A stretch of 64,000 nt of DNA, taken from contig OX597817.1 of the NCBI GenBank assembly GCA_951406725.2, positions 134,106,001 through 134,170,000 on the forward strand, given 5' to 3'. The notes below the pieces were generated by a model. That model did not search any database and was not told where the DNA came from. It worked only from the letters and a program-made list of their open reading frames with translations. Each line of letters opens with the position of its first letter. The stretch's first letter is position 1. Shown here one piece after another: positions 11,767 through 24,129 of the stretch. The DNA is from Octopus vulgaris. Taxonomy: Eukaryota. The translations under genes were made by a program, and so were the position numbers.

Positions 11767-11769
<3 letters not shown>

Positions 11770-11828
<59 letters not shown>

Positions 11829-11850
11829 ATGTGTGTGTGTGTGTGTGTGT
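11770..11850. repeat. (TA)n(TG)n microsatellite
   Basis: Direct. Confidence 0.95.
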
Positions 11851-11994
11851 AGATTAATCAAGTGTGAAATTTCTTTGAAGAATTTCTAATGGGAAATTCC
11901 TCCCATGCAAAACACCGTAATTCCTATTGACAAATGAAAATAATGTAATGGTGAATAAATAATGCCAACAACTTTTTTAACTCACTATTTTGTT

Positions 11995-12047
<53 letters not shown>

Positions 12048-12261
12048 CACTCTGTAGTTAGTTGTAACAACAATTATTCAATACCAACTGGACTCGTGAA
12101 TGAGTCCATGGATAATTTAAATATCGTCCAATGAATTATCATTTAATCAAAATCTTTAATTTGCACTATTTTGGTCAATGAAAATTTCTATTGTCCTTTA
12201 ATATATTTACTAATAATGTAAGTATATAAAGTTGTGTGAAAGTATATGTTAAATACATCCG

Positions 12262-13550
12262 TCAGAGCAGTTCCCTATAAACAATGTTTCTAGTGTAGGT
12301 GATTCCCGTTCTGCGACCATGAGTGGATTCGTTTCGAGGTATTTCTTTAATCGTCACACTGTTCATCGCCCTTGCTCTTGAAAAAGCTACGCAAAGCTTG
12401 CCATGCGTGAAGCATGGCTGCGGTAAGTGTATGCCAACTCTATCGAATGTTTGCCCCTGCGCTTTATTGATTGTCATAGAATAGGACAGACGAACCGGGA
12501 ACTGGATCCGATGCCGAACGAATGGAATGTTTGCATCGCTTGGAGTAAGTTTGATTCTTGGAATCAGTTCTTTCGTGTGAGAGTGAGATCCACTTGTAAT
12601 TAATGTTTCGGTGCTATGCTCGTGGAGCTGAAGTACTTCCAAGCGAGTTCCGTTGCGCAGACCTTGTGTTATAGAGAGGTTTCCAAGAAGCATAATAATT
12701 GCTCCAACTTTCAGGTCAAGGCGATGGGGAGGCATTCCTACAGGTGTAAAAGAGTTTATAAGCTCCATGTGATAATTCTAGGCTTCTTCTTCATTATCAG
12801 AAGTTACTGAGTCGTTGCTTAGATATCTTAGTTTCAGGAGGCAATCTACTCATAATTTCTTTATTTACTGCGAAGCAGTCTGAAATTTTAGGGGATAAGA
12901 TCACTCTATTTTTCATTTCTTCTGCTGTACAATTGTCAAATATATCAGATACCAAAGAACTGTTACATATGCATGCCTCAGGAATATCAGTGGTATCTTC
13001 TGCGAGATTATCAAGAGAACCTTGAAGAAATCCACTTCTAAGTTGTAGTAGCCACCTTGAAATATCTTGTTCATTTGCATTTGTTCTTAAGTTCTGCGTA
13101 AGTGGCATTTGATGAAAATTATCCCACAGAGAGGAGCATTTGAGGCAGGCATCAAGTACAGCTGCAGGAAGAGCTCTGGGAACAACTGAAAGAACTTATC
13201 TAAAATCTCATAATACGATAAGTTTCCCACCAAATATGCTATTACTATTCATTAAATCTCTTGAACAATTATCTATAGCTTTCAAAGCATTAACTGAGAT
13301 CATTGGAGTTTCGTCAATAATGAAGACTTTTACTCGCCTGAGAATATATCCTTGATCAGAATTTGGTGAAACATTGCACACACTTGTTTCATTCAAAGGA
13401 ACTGGAAGCTGGAATATACTGTGAAAAGTTTTACCACCTTTCAAGAGTGTTGCAGCAATGCCAGTCCAGAAGCCAAGGGAAATAATACTAATTTCATCCT
13501 GACTTTATCTCCCTTAGCGTGACAAACACCGACTGTATAAGCGTATTTAC
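12262..13550 (-). pseudogene. Helitron RepHel PIF1-family helicase domain, frameshifted and 5'-truncated
   Basis: Three consecutive ORF pieces: WTGIAATLLKGGKTFHSIFQLP, IIDE..M, FGGK, LTQNLR, ILSPK, GMPPHRLDLKVGAIIMLLGNL...GLRNGTRL, QFPVRLSYSMTINKAQGQT, FTHGKLCVAFSRA (Helitron PIF1 motifs). Confidence 0.95.
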
Positions 13551-13865
13551 AGATGTTGTTTGTAAATTTCATCATCAAAGCATCATCTCACCTGTTTAAC
13601 ATTTTACCTGAAGAGGGCGAATTTATGCTATGGTGTAATTTATATTTTATATCAATAAAATTCTACTGAAATATTAAACCTCATTTGTGTTCATCTTTTC
13701 ATACCTACGCCACACCTGTCCAGTGTCCTCAAAATATCGTGGAGTTTGTGGTATTATAACCTGTTTAACTCTAACATATTTATGATGAAAGTTATCCCAA
13801 CCGTGACTTCCTCAATTTTTTGCGTGTATGTATGAATGCATTGTCAATTTTTTTAAAGAGAAAAA

Positions 13866-14110
13866 TGTGATTTGAGGGAGATATGGTTGCTGTTTTCTAA
13901 TATTTGTCTCTCTGTTGAGTTTGTGTTTCAAAATACTTGTAAACAATTTGAGTAATCTTCTTAAATTGCTGTGTGATTTGAGTAAGATTTGGTTGTCATT
14001 TCTAACAGAGGCATACTTGTGATCAATGCAAATATTCTTTTTTAAGACAAGATGGTAAAATTAAGGTAGATTTGGGTGCTATTTTTAACAATGTGGGCCA
14101 CGTAGAAGCA
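13866..14110 (+). repeat. Three diverged copies of a short dispersed repeat (gtgatttgagggagat(t)tggttgct(a)tttctaa)
   Basis: Copies near 13866, 13971 and 14055; related copies near 2195, 7415 and 9838 (minus strand). Confidence 0.65.
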
Positions 14111-15171
14111 ACCTTATCGCATTCAAAGAGACGTGTGAACAGTGCAAACATCAGCTTATTTCGTACGGTTTCAGAAAGACGCGTGTACTTTTGCTTTTAA
14201 TCACAAAAGTTTCACGAAAATCGAAAACTACTAAAGAGATACTAATGGCATGCTACAAATACAAAATGTTATAAAATTAAATAAAGGCTCTCTTATGCAA
14301 ATCAAGTGCTTAATAGAAGCTTATAGTGTGCGTGCGCGTGCGTGTCTGTGTGTGCGTGAGAGAGAGTACAAATGAATGTTGAAACGAGGGACGAAGAAAT
14401 AAGTTGCAGAATACATAATATTTGATAGAATTAAGAAAGAAGTCAAGTAAAAGTTTATTAAATGAAAAAAATAAATAAATAAAGTGAAAAGTAATGAATG
14501 AAGGAAATAAAGAGCGTAGAGCAGTGAAGTCTAAAGTAGGCTATTTAAAGGCTAATGAACATCATTTAAGTATGATGAAATAGAAAACAAACCTGAAGAA
14601 ATGACAAAAATACAATAGAAACCAATAGTAAAATAGTATGTAAAGAGGGGGTTGTGGGGGGAGGGAGGATATTTGCTAGAAAAATCGATAAAATGTAATG
14701 AAGTTTAATGTGGAAGACCAATGAGAAATGAGAGCCATTGACGAATAGTATGAAAATTAATGAATACGAGTGACGGAGAGAGAGGGGGGAGTGAGGGGAT
14801 GATATATATATATATAGAGAGAGAGAGAGGAAGGGAGGGAAAATTAGAAGAGAAGGTTGAAAGCTAAACAAAAGTAAATCCACTCAAGAAAGAGGAGACA
14901 ACATCAATGAAGACAAATGAAGACCAACCAGAAATCAATAGCTTCTATTCGCTCCTGATGATATGAAAGTCAGGAAAAATGTGCGGAGGTAAAAATATGC
15001 ATCTACATCAGATATCCTGAAATTAAGATTATATTCATGTAGGTAGCTACTGTTGTTACTGGGGTTGAGGGGACTGTAGCAAGCCGCAGCAGCAGCAGCG
15101 GCAGCAGCAGCATTTACATATCGAAAGGTCGGTAGCCTGACCGAAACTATCTGCTGATCGCTTAGATTTAA

Positions 15172-15435
15172 ACTGGCCCTCCGTCGGTTTCGACGACGAG
15201 TGTTCCATCAGATCAGATCAACGGAACAGCCTGCTCGTGAAATTAGCGTGCAACTGGCTGAGTACTCCACAGACACAGAATGGGGCAAGGTCGACCCTTT
15301 GAATTACATGTACAACTCATTTTTGCCAAGTGAGTGGACTGGAGCAACATGAAATGAAGTGTCTTGCTCAAGGATACGACACGCCGCCGGGAATCAAACT
15401 CATGACTTGTCGGATTACCCTAACCATTAAGCCAA
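15172..15435 (-). mobile_element. SINE family C variant
   Basis: ccgtcggtttcgacgacgag...gatcaacggaacagcctgctcgtgaaattagcgtgc matches 30280 and 62562. Confidence 0.8.
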
Positions 15436-15627
15436 TTAATACGTGGAGCTAAAGAGTTCCATGCGTTGTGTTGTTGCCGCAGCTCGACATGACAAGAGTC
15501 CACTAAATGAAATCAGAGAAAAATAACCAGTGACAACAAATTGCTTATGAATTACCTTCTCAGGTAATTTATTACACGTTTGGGGAAAAAAAAGGCTCAG
15601 GGAATAAACTTCGACAGAAAATCCTGC

Positions 15628-15750
15628 GAAGATATATATATGGTTGTTCTTGTTCCTAAAGAAGATATATATATGGTTGTTCTTGTTTCTAAAGAAGATA
15701 TATATGGTTGTTCTTGTTCCTAAAGAAGATATATATGGTTGTTCTTGTTC
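15628..15750 (+). repeat. Minisatellite with 31-33-bp unit, about 3.8 copies
   Basis: gaagatatatat(at)ggttgttcttgttcctaaa repeated head to tail without spacers. Confidence 0.95.
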
Positions 15751-16220
15751 AATATCTAGCATCTCCTGTAACTGTATGAATGCTACAAACTATTTGACTT
15801 GTGCTTCTTTCGTGTTATATTTATGGGCTGAGAGGTGGTAAGTGTACTTGGCGCTAGGCAACTTATATCTGGAAACAGTCCAGATACAGTTACTACCTCT
15901 GCAACGCCTTCAACTAACGACATATTGAAGTCAGCAAAAAGTTTGATGATTGATGTCCAGTTAAAAGGCGGTTATTATGAAACTTTGAGCAACCAAATGA
16001 ATTGACTTTCTTAATCAATTTATAAATCAGTTAATTTAGACAATATAACTATAAAAGCTACTAATAGCTTCTTGCTGTCAAGATAAGTAGCTATGCGGGT
16101 TCATATAATGTACCTTGTCTCCAAACAGTCCTCAGACTCTGAGCACATGGTCTGTAATATTTGAAAATTAGAATGTTGATACCGGAGAAACCACGAGAAA
16201 AACAAGAAAGTTGATGAAAA

Positions 16221-16726
16221 TCTATATATATAAAACTGTAGTTGTGTGAGTGTCTGTCCCCTTCGATTTAGATTCCTAACTACTCCCACATTTTGCGGTG
16301 CAGTTTAACCAAATTCGGGTATCTTATAGTCGTGATTCATATCGAGCCCGTCTGAGTATTAGCGCGCGTCTACGATGAGTCTACGATTTTAAAAATAATT
16401 TAACATTTTTTATTCCATTTTAATGCATAATTTTTCGTGTGTCGATGGCGGCGGAGTTGGCGTCCATGGTCACACCTGCACCTGTTTGCCTCTCCCCCTT
16501 CTTGCCTCCCTCGTGAAGCTGTGGGGAAGGGAGTGTAAGGAAATCAACGTCGTAAAGCGTTGTCAAGGAGACCAGCGTTCTTTTAGAACACCTCATGGCT
16601 TAAAGACACCAAAACAGAAATGGCTAAGAAAGCCCGAATTGGCATCTATAAGGGAAGTAACTCTCTAAAAATGCTTATATAGTTATTTCCCTTACAAACC
16701 CGAGCAACGCCGGGCGATACTGCTAG
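16221..16726 (+). mobile_element. Complete non-autonomous Helitron (506 bp)
   Basis: A|TCTATATATATAAAA 5' end; 3' hairpin cccgagcaacgccggg (16699-16714) then gatactg CTAG|T; inserted at an A^T site with no TSD. Confidence 0.9.
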
Positions 16727-17244
16727 TAGTGAATAAAAATGGAAGCAAGAAAGATTAGACTTACTAACACTAATTTTCTTTCTTTACTTTCTTTACTTTT
16801 TCCGTTTTTATTTACCTCTCAACTTTTTACTGCATCGACTGTCTCGTTTTCTCTTGTGATTTCTCATGTACCAGCGTCCCAATTTTCAAATACGACAGGC
16901 CATGCGCTGAAAACCTGAAGATTACTTCTGTGATACAAGGCACGTGATAAAAACCTGCCTAGACACGTGTTTTCACGTTAAGAAATTATAAGTAGCTCAT
17001 ATTTATACTGTGTATATTAAATGATATTTATCTGTCACTGGATGGAGTACTTTTTATGCTGATCTCGCCTTCATGAGTCAGTAAACTATTGTGTGTGTGT
17101 GTGTGTGTGTACGCATGCACACACAAATGCAGAGTATTTTCTAATACTCTATAATTGAAAGGCTCTAATTTCCAGTACTCAGAGTTGCTCGTTTCCAATC
17201 ATCAGCTGGTAAACCGAGACTGATTTTCTTTTGAATAGTCTTTG

Positions 17245-17840
17245 GCATGTGTGAAAACAGCTTCTTGAATCTCACGATTCTGATTTTAATTTCTAGTTCT
17301 CGTGCTAATGTTATTATCAACGTCTTAATCTCCATACATACAAAGTCATGAAATTGCATTTCTATATAAGCAAAGATCCAAATTAATACTTTCAAATAGT
17401 ACTTTTAATTAATATTTTTACAAAACAATGAGCGTGCAAATAGGGGTTCATTTTGAATGTAGCTGTGCAGACGCATCGATACACACACACACTAATATTC
17501 ACAGAATGATATATCTATGCATGTATATGCACATATATGAATATATACACATAGACACGCTCCTTCACATATTGAAACATATATCAGTAAAATCAGTTAC
17601 TTTCACATTTCGAAAACAAAATGAACATCCACACACACATTCATTATTTTTTTATAAGCATTAATTAAAAGTATTAATTAAAAGAATGACTAAAGTATTA
17701 TTTCAGAACATTTCTTTTCCAACATCGCAATTTCATGACTTCACATGAATACAGTTTAAGACGTTGATAAAAACATTACCATGAAAGACAGAAATTAAAT
17801 CAGAAGCGCCGGTTTGAAGCAGACGTTTTCACACGTGTCG
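17245..17840. repeat. Imperfect inverted repeat (arms about 17245-17415 and 17660-17840)
   Basis: aagacgttgataaaaacattacc...agaaattaaatcagaa...gttttcacac and gcaatttcatgactt each match the reverse complement of the left arm. Confidence 0.7.
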
Positions 17841-18077
17841 TTCAAAAAGGCTTTTAAACCGTAGGACATAAGGATTAGTGTTTTCTGCAAACTTTCATTT
17901 TATATTTGTAAAGATATTCAGTGGATATTTCAAAGGACAACAAGGCTCGGTGTACCAATCGATGATCGGAAACGAGAAACTAATTAGCGAAAACCGGAGT
18001 GTTTCAGTTATAATGTATTTAAAAAATACTCTACATTTGTATTGTGTCCTGTAATTTATCGCTTCTGGTGAATCAGC

Positions 18078-18124
<47 letters not shown>

Positions 18125-18125
<1 letters not shown>

Positions 18126-18365
18126 GCATGGCTTACTGGAAAGTGTGTTGTACTCACGATTCCGAGACCGTGGTTTCGATTCCCAGACCGGGCGTTGTGT
18201 TCTTGAGCAAAGCACTTCATTTCACGCTGCTCTGCGATCATTTCTTCATCTGACATGTGACGCCCGTTGCACCTGTACAGGCAATGTCGATTATAAACAA
18301 ATTATCCATGTGGTTGTTCTGCAAGAAATCGCCGTACCCTCAAATGCCGTCTAACGACGGGAGAG
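18125..18365 (+). mobile_element. SINE family C-related copy
   Basis: B-box head gtggtttcgattcccagaccgggcgttgtgttcttgagcaaagcacttcatttcac; related body at 42370-42570. Confidence 0.7.
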
Positions 18366-18774
18366 TTCGTGATATATTAACACACATTGTTTTTATGTCT
18401 ATATGTAACAATTTAACATTGAACTGAAAGACTAATCAATGCTTTTTACTAGATTACATGTTTATTATTAACTTTAGTAAAAAGAAAAAAATTGACTGTG
18501 ATTTCGAAGTTTCAGCTCCTCATCTTTGTCAGGCATGGTGACAGAAACAAGCAAGTGGAAATTTCGAAGTTACTATTAATTTTTCCATATTCCAAAACAG
18601 AGGCGAGTCAAAATGATTGCAACCATTAAGTATTAGGTTACCCGTATAAATATCTGTTAAAAAGCAGAATGTCGCACTAGACAACAGATCTAGATTATTA
18701 TATGGAATACTTTTAATTATCAGACTGTTCCATTAATCTACATCAGGTGTTAAACAACAACAATAGATACAATA

Positions 18775-19280
18775 TACATATGGCTGTGTTGTAAAAAACT
18801 CCTCAACCACATGGTTCAAGGTTCAATCCCACTGTGTGGAGCCTTGGGCAAGTGTTTTTATTGTAGCCTCGAGCCAACCAAAGATCTGTGAATGGGTTTG
18901 GTAGACGGAAACCGAAAAAAAGCCCGTCGTGTTTCCGACGTAGAGCTCCGCTCGAAACGTTAAATCCTCCTTCTTTCCTTCTTTCCTGAGCGTCCAATAA
19001 TACTATATTTGTTCCACGTCCTCGCGTTGTTGTGTTTTTTTTTGTGCTTTCTTGTTTGGATTAACTATATATATATATATATATATAGTGTATGCGTGTG
19101 TCTGTCTTTTTCCCCACCACCGCTTGACGACCAGTGGTGGTGTGTTTACTTAGCGGTTCCGCAAACGAAATTAAGTTGCAGGCTTAAAAAGTAAGTACAG
19201 GAGTTAATTCATTCGAGTAAAACTTTGTCTGTGCCCCAGCATGGCCGCAGTCTAATGACTAAACCAAGTAAAATGATAAA
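18775..19280 (+). mobile_element. SINE family A with an insert (18931-19066) in its internal microsatellite
   Basis: Head to aagcccgtcgt, then foreign sequence, then (TA)n and the normal 3' half. Confidence 0.8.
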
Positions 19281-22200
19281 TCCACCTCAATTAAAAGATT
19301 ACTGCTGTTGTTGTTTAGACAGAAACCTATAATTTGCCGAATAATCTAATCTAATCTTGTCAAGATTAAACATGGATTCCTTCTTTTCTTCATTCGTTTA
19401 ATTCTACCTTTAATTTCCTACCACAACTGCTGTTGCTGCTGCTGCTACTACTAGTACTGTTACTACTACAACTGCTATTACCAAGAGTGCGGACCCATAC
19501 ATTGTACAGCTTTACAAGATGCGATGTCTTTAACTCGCTCAGTTTTACGTTTTAAACAATATTAACCAATCGGGTAACGCCACGTCATTCTAATATAACA
19601 ACGTTGTAGTGTTTTTCATTTTCCTTATTTCTTGAAATATGTTTCCAAGTTGAATCGTCCACCATTTTTTTTTTTTTTCCTTTTCTATCTTTCGAATATA
19701 ATTTCCTATCATTAGGAATTCTCTAAAGAAATTATTTAATGAAATTAATTAATCAATTAATTTTGTGTAGTTTTTTTTTTTTAACTGTTCATTGACCATC
19801 TTAATTTCCTCTTTTGGCAACTGAAAGATAGTCTGATGGTGTCATTATCTTCGACTTTGTTTCTCTGTGACATTAGTTAGTTGTTCTCGTTGTCCTTGTG
19901 TGTACTTTTGAAAGATTGCCATCAATAACTGTGCTAAATATTCGCTAGATCTCACTCGGTACACACATGCGAATATGAAAACACAATAATAAAGGAATAA
20001 AGACGCACATATTCTCTGTCTCAGTTCCTGCATACAGGGAAATATATAAGACACACAAGTATAAAGACACAAACGCTTAGGTATAGATTCGTAGATAAGC
20101 AATCGGTTAGAAAATAATGGAATAATTTTCGCATAGAATATAAAACAATTGAATTGAGACAATGTAAAGAAATGATGATTTGTAAAGAATTATTGAAACG
20201 AATATAATGAAATGTTGGAAATATCATTAACTTGTTTTCTGTGTTTGTTTCAACTATAAGTAGATCTTCTTACCACGTTATGTACGACACACACACGCAC
20301 ACACATACACACACACAGTGACGGCAATAAAGTAAAAGGACAATAGAGGTGGGACAAGTTTTAACATATTGCATTTGTTTAACTCTTTAAAGAGAAAGGG
20401 ACTTCAAGAAGATACGTTATTGTAAAGGGATAAAACCCTACGAGAGTTTAGGGGCCTGATGGGAACCTATTTCTAGGAGTGTAAAGTGAGAGAGGGAGGA
20501 TGAGACCGGTGTTGTTGTGTGGTATAAGCGTGTGACCGTGTTTCGAGATCGGAAATAGGGGGAGCGGTGTGTGTTTGTGCATGGCGAGATATGCAAGGGA
20601 AGTGCGATTCTAGGGAGTTTGCATGTGTATAATCGTTGAGTGTGAGGAGGTGAGAGCGATTTCGAATTTGAGGCAAAAGGGGAGAGAAGTCGAATGTGAG
20701 GCGATGGAATTGGATGTAGATGTATGGGTGTGATATGCTGTAATGGGAAAATACTATGAACAAGAAAGGAGCAAGATAGTACACACACATACACACACTA
20801 TATATAAATAGAGCATAATGTCTGTTGTAATTTATATGTTCATGGAAAGCGCGACCATAGGGACTCCTAAACTTCAACAGCCTAATTCCATAGCATAAAC
20901 AGACAAGGTTGAATTCATCGTAAAATCATTCTATACACATACGATTTATGCACCTCCACAATCGCATATATACACATATGCGAACATGCAGTGGTTATAT
21001 ATACTTTAATATTTCGGGCGAAATGCTTAGCGGTGTTTCGTTTGTCTTTACATTCTGAGCTCAAATTCCGCCGAGGTCGACTGTAAATGAAAGAAATGGA
21101 ATGGAATTGGTAGTTATGTGCGCATATTTGATAAGGAGCACGGAAAGCATATTATGTATCTTTAAAGTATCTGATGTGAAAGAATACTAAAGAATTAACA
21201 CCTTAAAATTGCGTGATATGCATTCGGGGCTCCTTTTGAAACAAGTGTAGTGCATAAGTACCTATTCAGTTCCTATCAGTCACTGCCTTTGGGTTGAAAC
21301 GCAGAAAATAATACATATTCATATATATGTAAATATAATTCTTTCTAATATCTGTTATTGATATTTTATGATATTATGACATAACGTGAAAGTATTTTAC
21401 ATTTTCTAATCCATTGTTGACCAGTTATTATTATTATCATTTCATGTTATCAATATTGCTTTCTCGTCGATGGTAAACCAGCTTTGCGAACAGTAATCAT
21501 TAAACTCTATAGTAACACACACGCACACGTGTAAGAGGTCGTTTTCCTCTTTAGGTTACACTTTCAATTTATTTTCCGTATAATGAGGTAAATTAGTACT
21601 GTTTATCGATTTCTTGCACAAGTAATTTAACAAAAGGGTTTTCTCTTTGAGTACGGGCAACCATTACAGAACACATTAGCACATCAGCTCCGTCACTAAT
21701 ATATCATTTTAATTAAAGAATGATGTTATACAATGCCATGAGATATTTCAACCAGCAAGCACCGGAGACATCAAACTCTCGTAAACCGATTCCTTTCTCT
21801 GACCAAAAACTAATTAGGCTATGAGATATTTTAATGCAGCCCTAATTAAGGCCGCGGGTTTTAAAAGAAATTAATAGTTTAAATGCATATGAAGTATGAG
21901 GATTCAATAAATGGCATATGTTTACTGTAGGAACTCTTATCAAATAAAACTAAACAGTCCTAATGTTCTGTTGTAAATGTTTCTGACAATTACTCGTAGC
22001 TTATGATGAAGTCTATGTTACATGGTTAAACGCTAACTCTGAAATCATGTGGCCTTTTACGAGGCAACTGAGTGTTTCCAGTCATATCAAAGGATTCAAA
22101 CAAGGCAAGCTGAGTGAAACTGGGTCGGTAGAAACTGTATAGGAGACAGTGGTGAAGGCCGTGTCTTTAACGTGGCCCTTAATTGTCCTCTCTAGACCAC

Positions 22201-22619
22201 ACCTTTCGTATGTGAATAAAACTGACCTCTCCCTCTCCACTGTTTGGATCCCTATAAAAGAGATCATATTGCCAGGAGGAAGGACATGGATTAAGTCAAT
22301 ATAGATTGGACTCTGGCGAATCTTGGAGAGATATTAGTATAGGTAGTTCTGCTTTTCCTCTCTACTTCTTTAAACAATTCGTGCCAAAGAGAAATCGAAT
22401 GTCCCTAAATATTTACCTGGCCATCATTCCATACAACTTTAATCCAATATTCACGACAATCATTCTTCCGTTTCAAACGTTAGACTTCGAAACGTTAGAC
22501 TTTATCTCATCCCATAGAAGCAACACAGAAAAATAGGGTCTGCACTGAAAAATAGAGCCCACATTCGACCAATCTGCAGATTATGAACGAGAATATTGAA
22601 ACATACAATATGCTATTAG

Positions 22620-23466
22620 AGTTCAGCTGATATATTTCTGTAGAAGAGTGTGTGTGTGTGTGATGGACTTTCCCGTCGGTTTTGACGTATGAGGCTCCGA
22701 CAACGCACTCTTGCTTTGTCAGTCATTATGCTTATGTCGGATGTGACATTTAAGACCCACCCGCCAACGATTTTCAAAGAAGGCCACAAATTTTGCAAGT
22801 TTGAGGATTACATGTAGCATATTTGCAGCCGCTTTTCTCCTTTGCTTTGCACCCCGAAGCCTGTTAATGCTGGTTACAACAAAGTTTTTGATGCCATTTT
22901 GACACAATGACCTCCATTTTGTTCGTTACGATGCTGTTCGCTCAAAGGTGTTGTGAGTTATCTTCATCTCTAATTGGTTACTCTTCAGCTTGTCCTTATA
23001 TCTGAACCATGGTCGACCAACATTCCTGTAACCACTCTCAAGCTGGTTGTACATGGCGACATGGCCAGTCCAGCGCAATTTTGATTGTATAAGGAAGCTC
23101 TCGATTCCACCAATCTTACACTTCTAAACAAGTTGGCATTAGAAACTCTGTCTTTTAGTGAATAACCGCAGATTGCCCTCAGACAGTCTTTGTGGAAGAT
23201 GTCTAGTTGGTTAATGTGTCGTCTATAGGGTATCCACGATTCTGAGCCATACAAGAGAGTAGTAAGAATGGCTGCTTTATAGACCTGTACTTTGGTGTCA
23301 AGTTTGAAGCCCCTTTCATTCCATAGGCGATTACGGAGTTTGCCAAATGCGTTGGTTGCCCTTGCAAGACAGTTGACGATTTTATCGTCATGGGAAGCGC
23401 TCAAATTCACTCTACTACCAAGATGTGTAAATGACTTCACATAATTTAGGCTTTTCTCATCAACCT
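22620..23466 (-). pseudogene. RTE/BovB-clade LINE 3' fragment
   Basis: VKSFTHLGS...RATNAFGKLRNRLWNERGFKLDTKVQVYKAAILTTLLYGSESW...QLDIFHKDCLRAI; C-terminal zinc-finger-like CKIC...HIRHKH; frameshifts. Confidence 0.9.
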
Positions 23467-23625
23467 ATATATATATATATACACACGTGTATATATATAT
23501 ATATATAATGTGTTTATGTGTACATGTAATATACGTGTTTATGTGTATATGTAATATACACGTGTGTGTGTATGAATATACATATATATATATAATATGT
23601 CTTTATGTATACATGTAATATACAT

Positions 23626-23670
<45 letters not shown>
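23466..23670. repeat. (TA)n/(TG)n compound microsatellite
   Basis: Direct. Confidence 0.9.
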
Positions 23671-23673
<3 letters not shown>

Positions 23674-23821
23674 TTATTATTTGTTAGTGATTAAAAATTC
23701 TGGCATAACAGGGGTTCAAATTATTCTCAATGAAGAAATATATATTTTCATTTAGAGATCTCACCAAAAATAAAAATTATTTTTTATATGGTGAGATGAA
23801 GGGGCCTACTATCTCTAAATT

Positions 23822-23864
<43 letters not shown>

Positions 23865-24129
23865 TCACACACACACGCGTGTTTTATCAGCTGTGAATTC
23901 ATCGTTCATAGAACTCTGGGAAGTACTGTGCTTTATCGCGTGAACAACATAATACATTTGCTGGTGCATGCAAAGCTTTGTGACTTAGAAATTAATTCAA
24001 GGTGTACTAAGCAGTGTTATTTAAAATAAAGAGGTGTAGTTTTATATTTAACGGGTTCGTTTACAGAAACGTGGGAAAAGTTTCACTGCAGTAAATATCT
24101 CGGAATCGAAGTGTTTTCTTTTTTACACA

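Noticed and set aside
14950-14980. CTGATGAtatGAAAgTC hammerhead-like string
   Set aside because: No room for stem II or stem III, and no stem I pairing
15628-15750. Repeats of CRISPR-like length (31-33 bp)
   Set aside because: No unique spacers, no cas genes, eukaryotic context; a simple minisatellite
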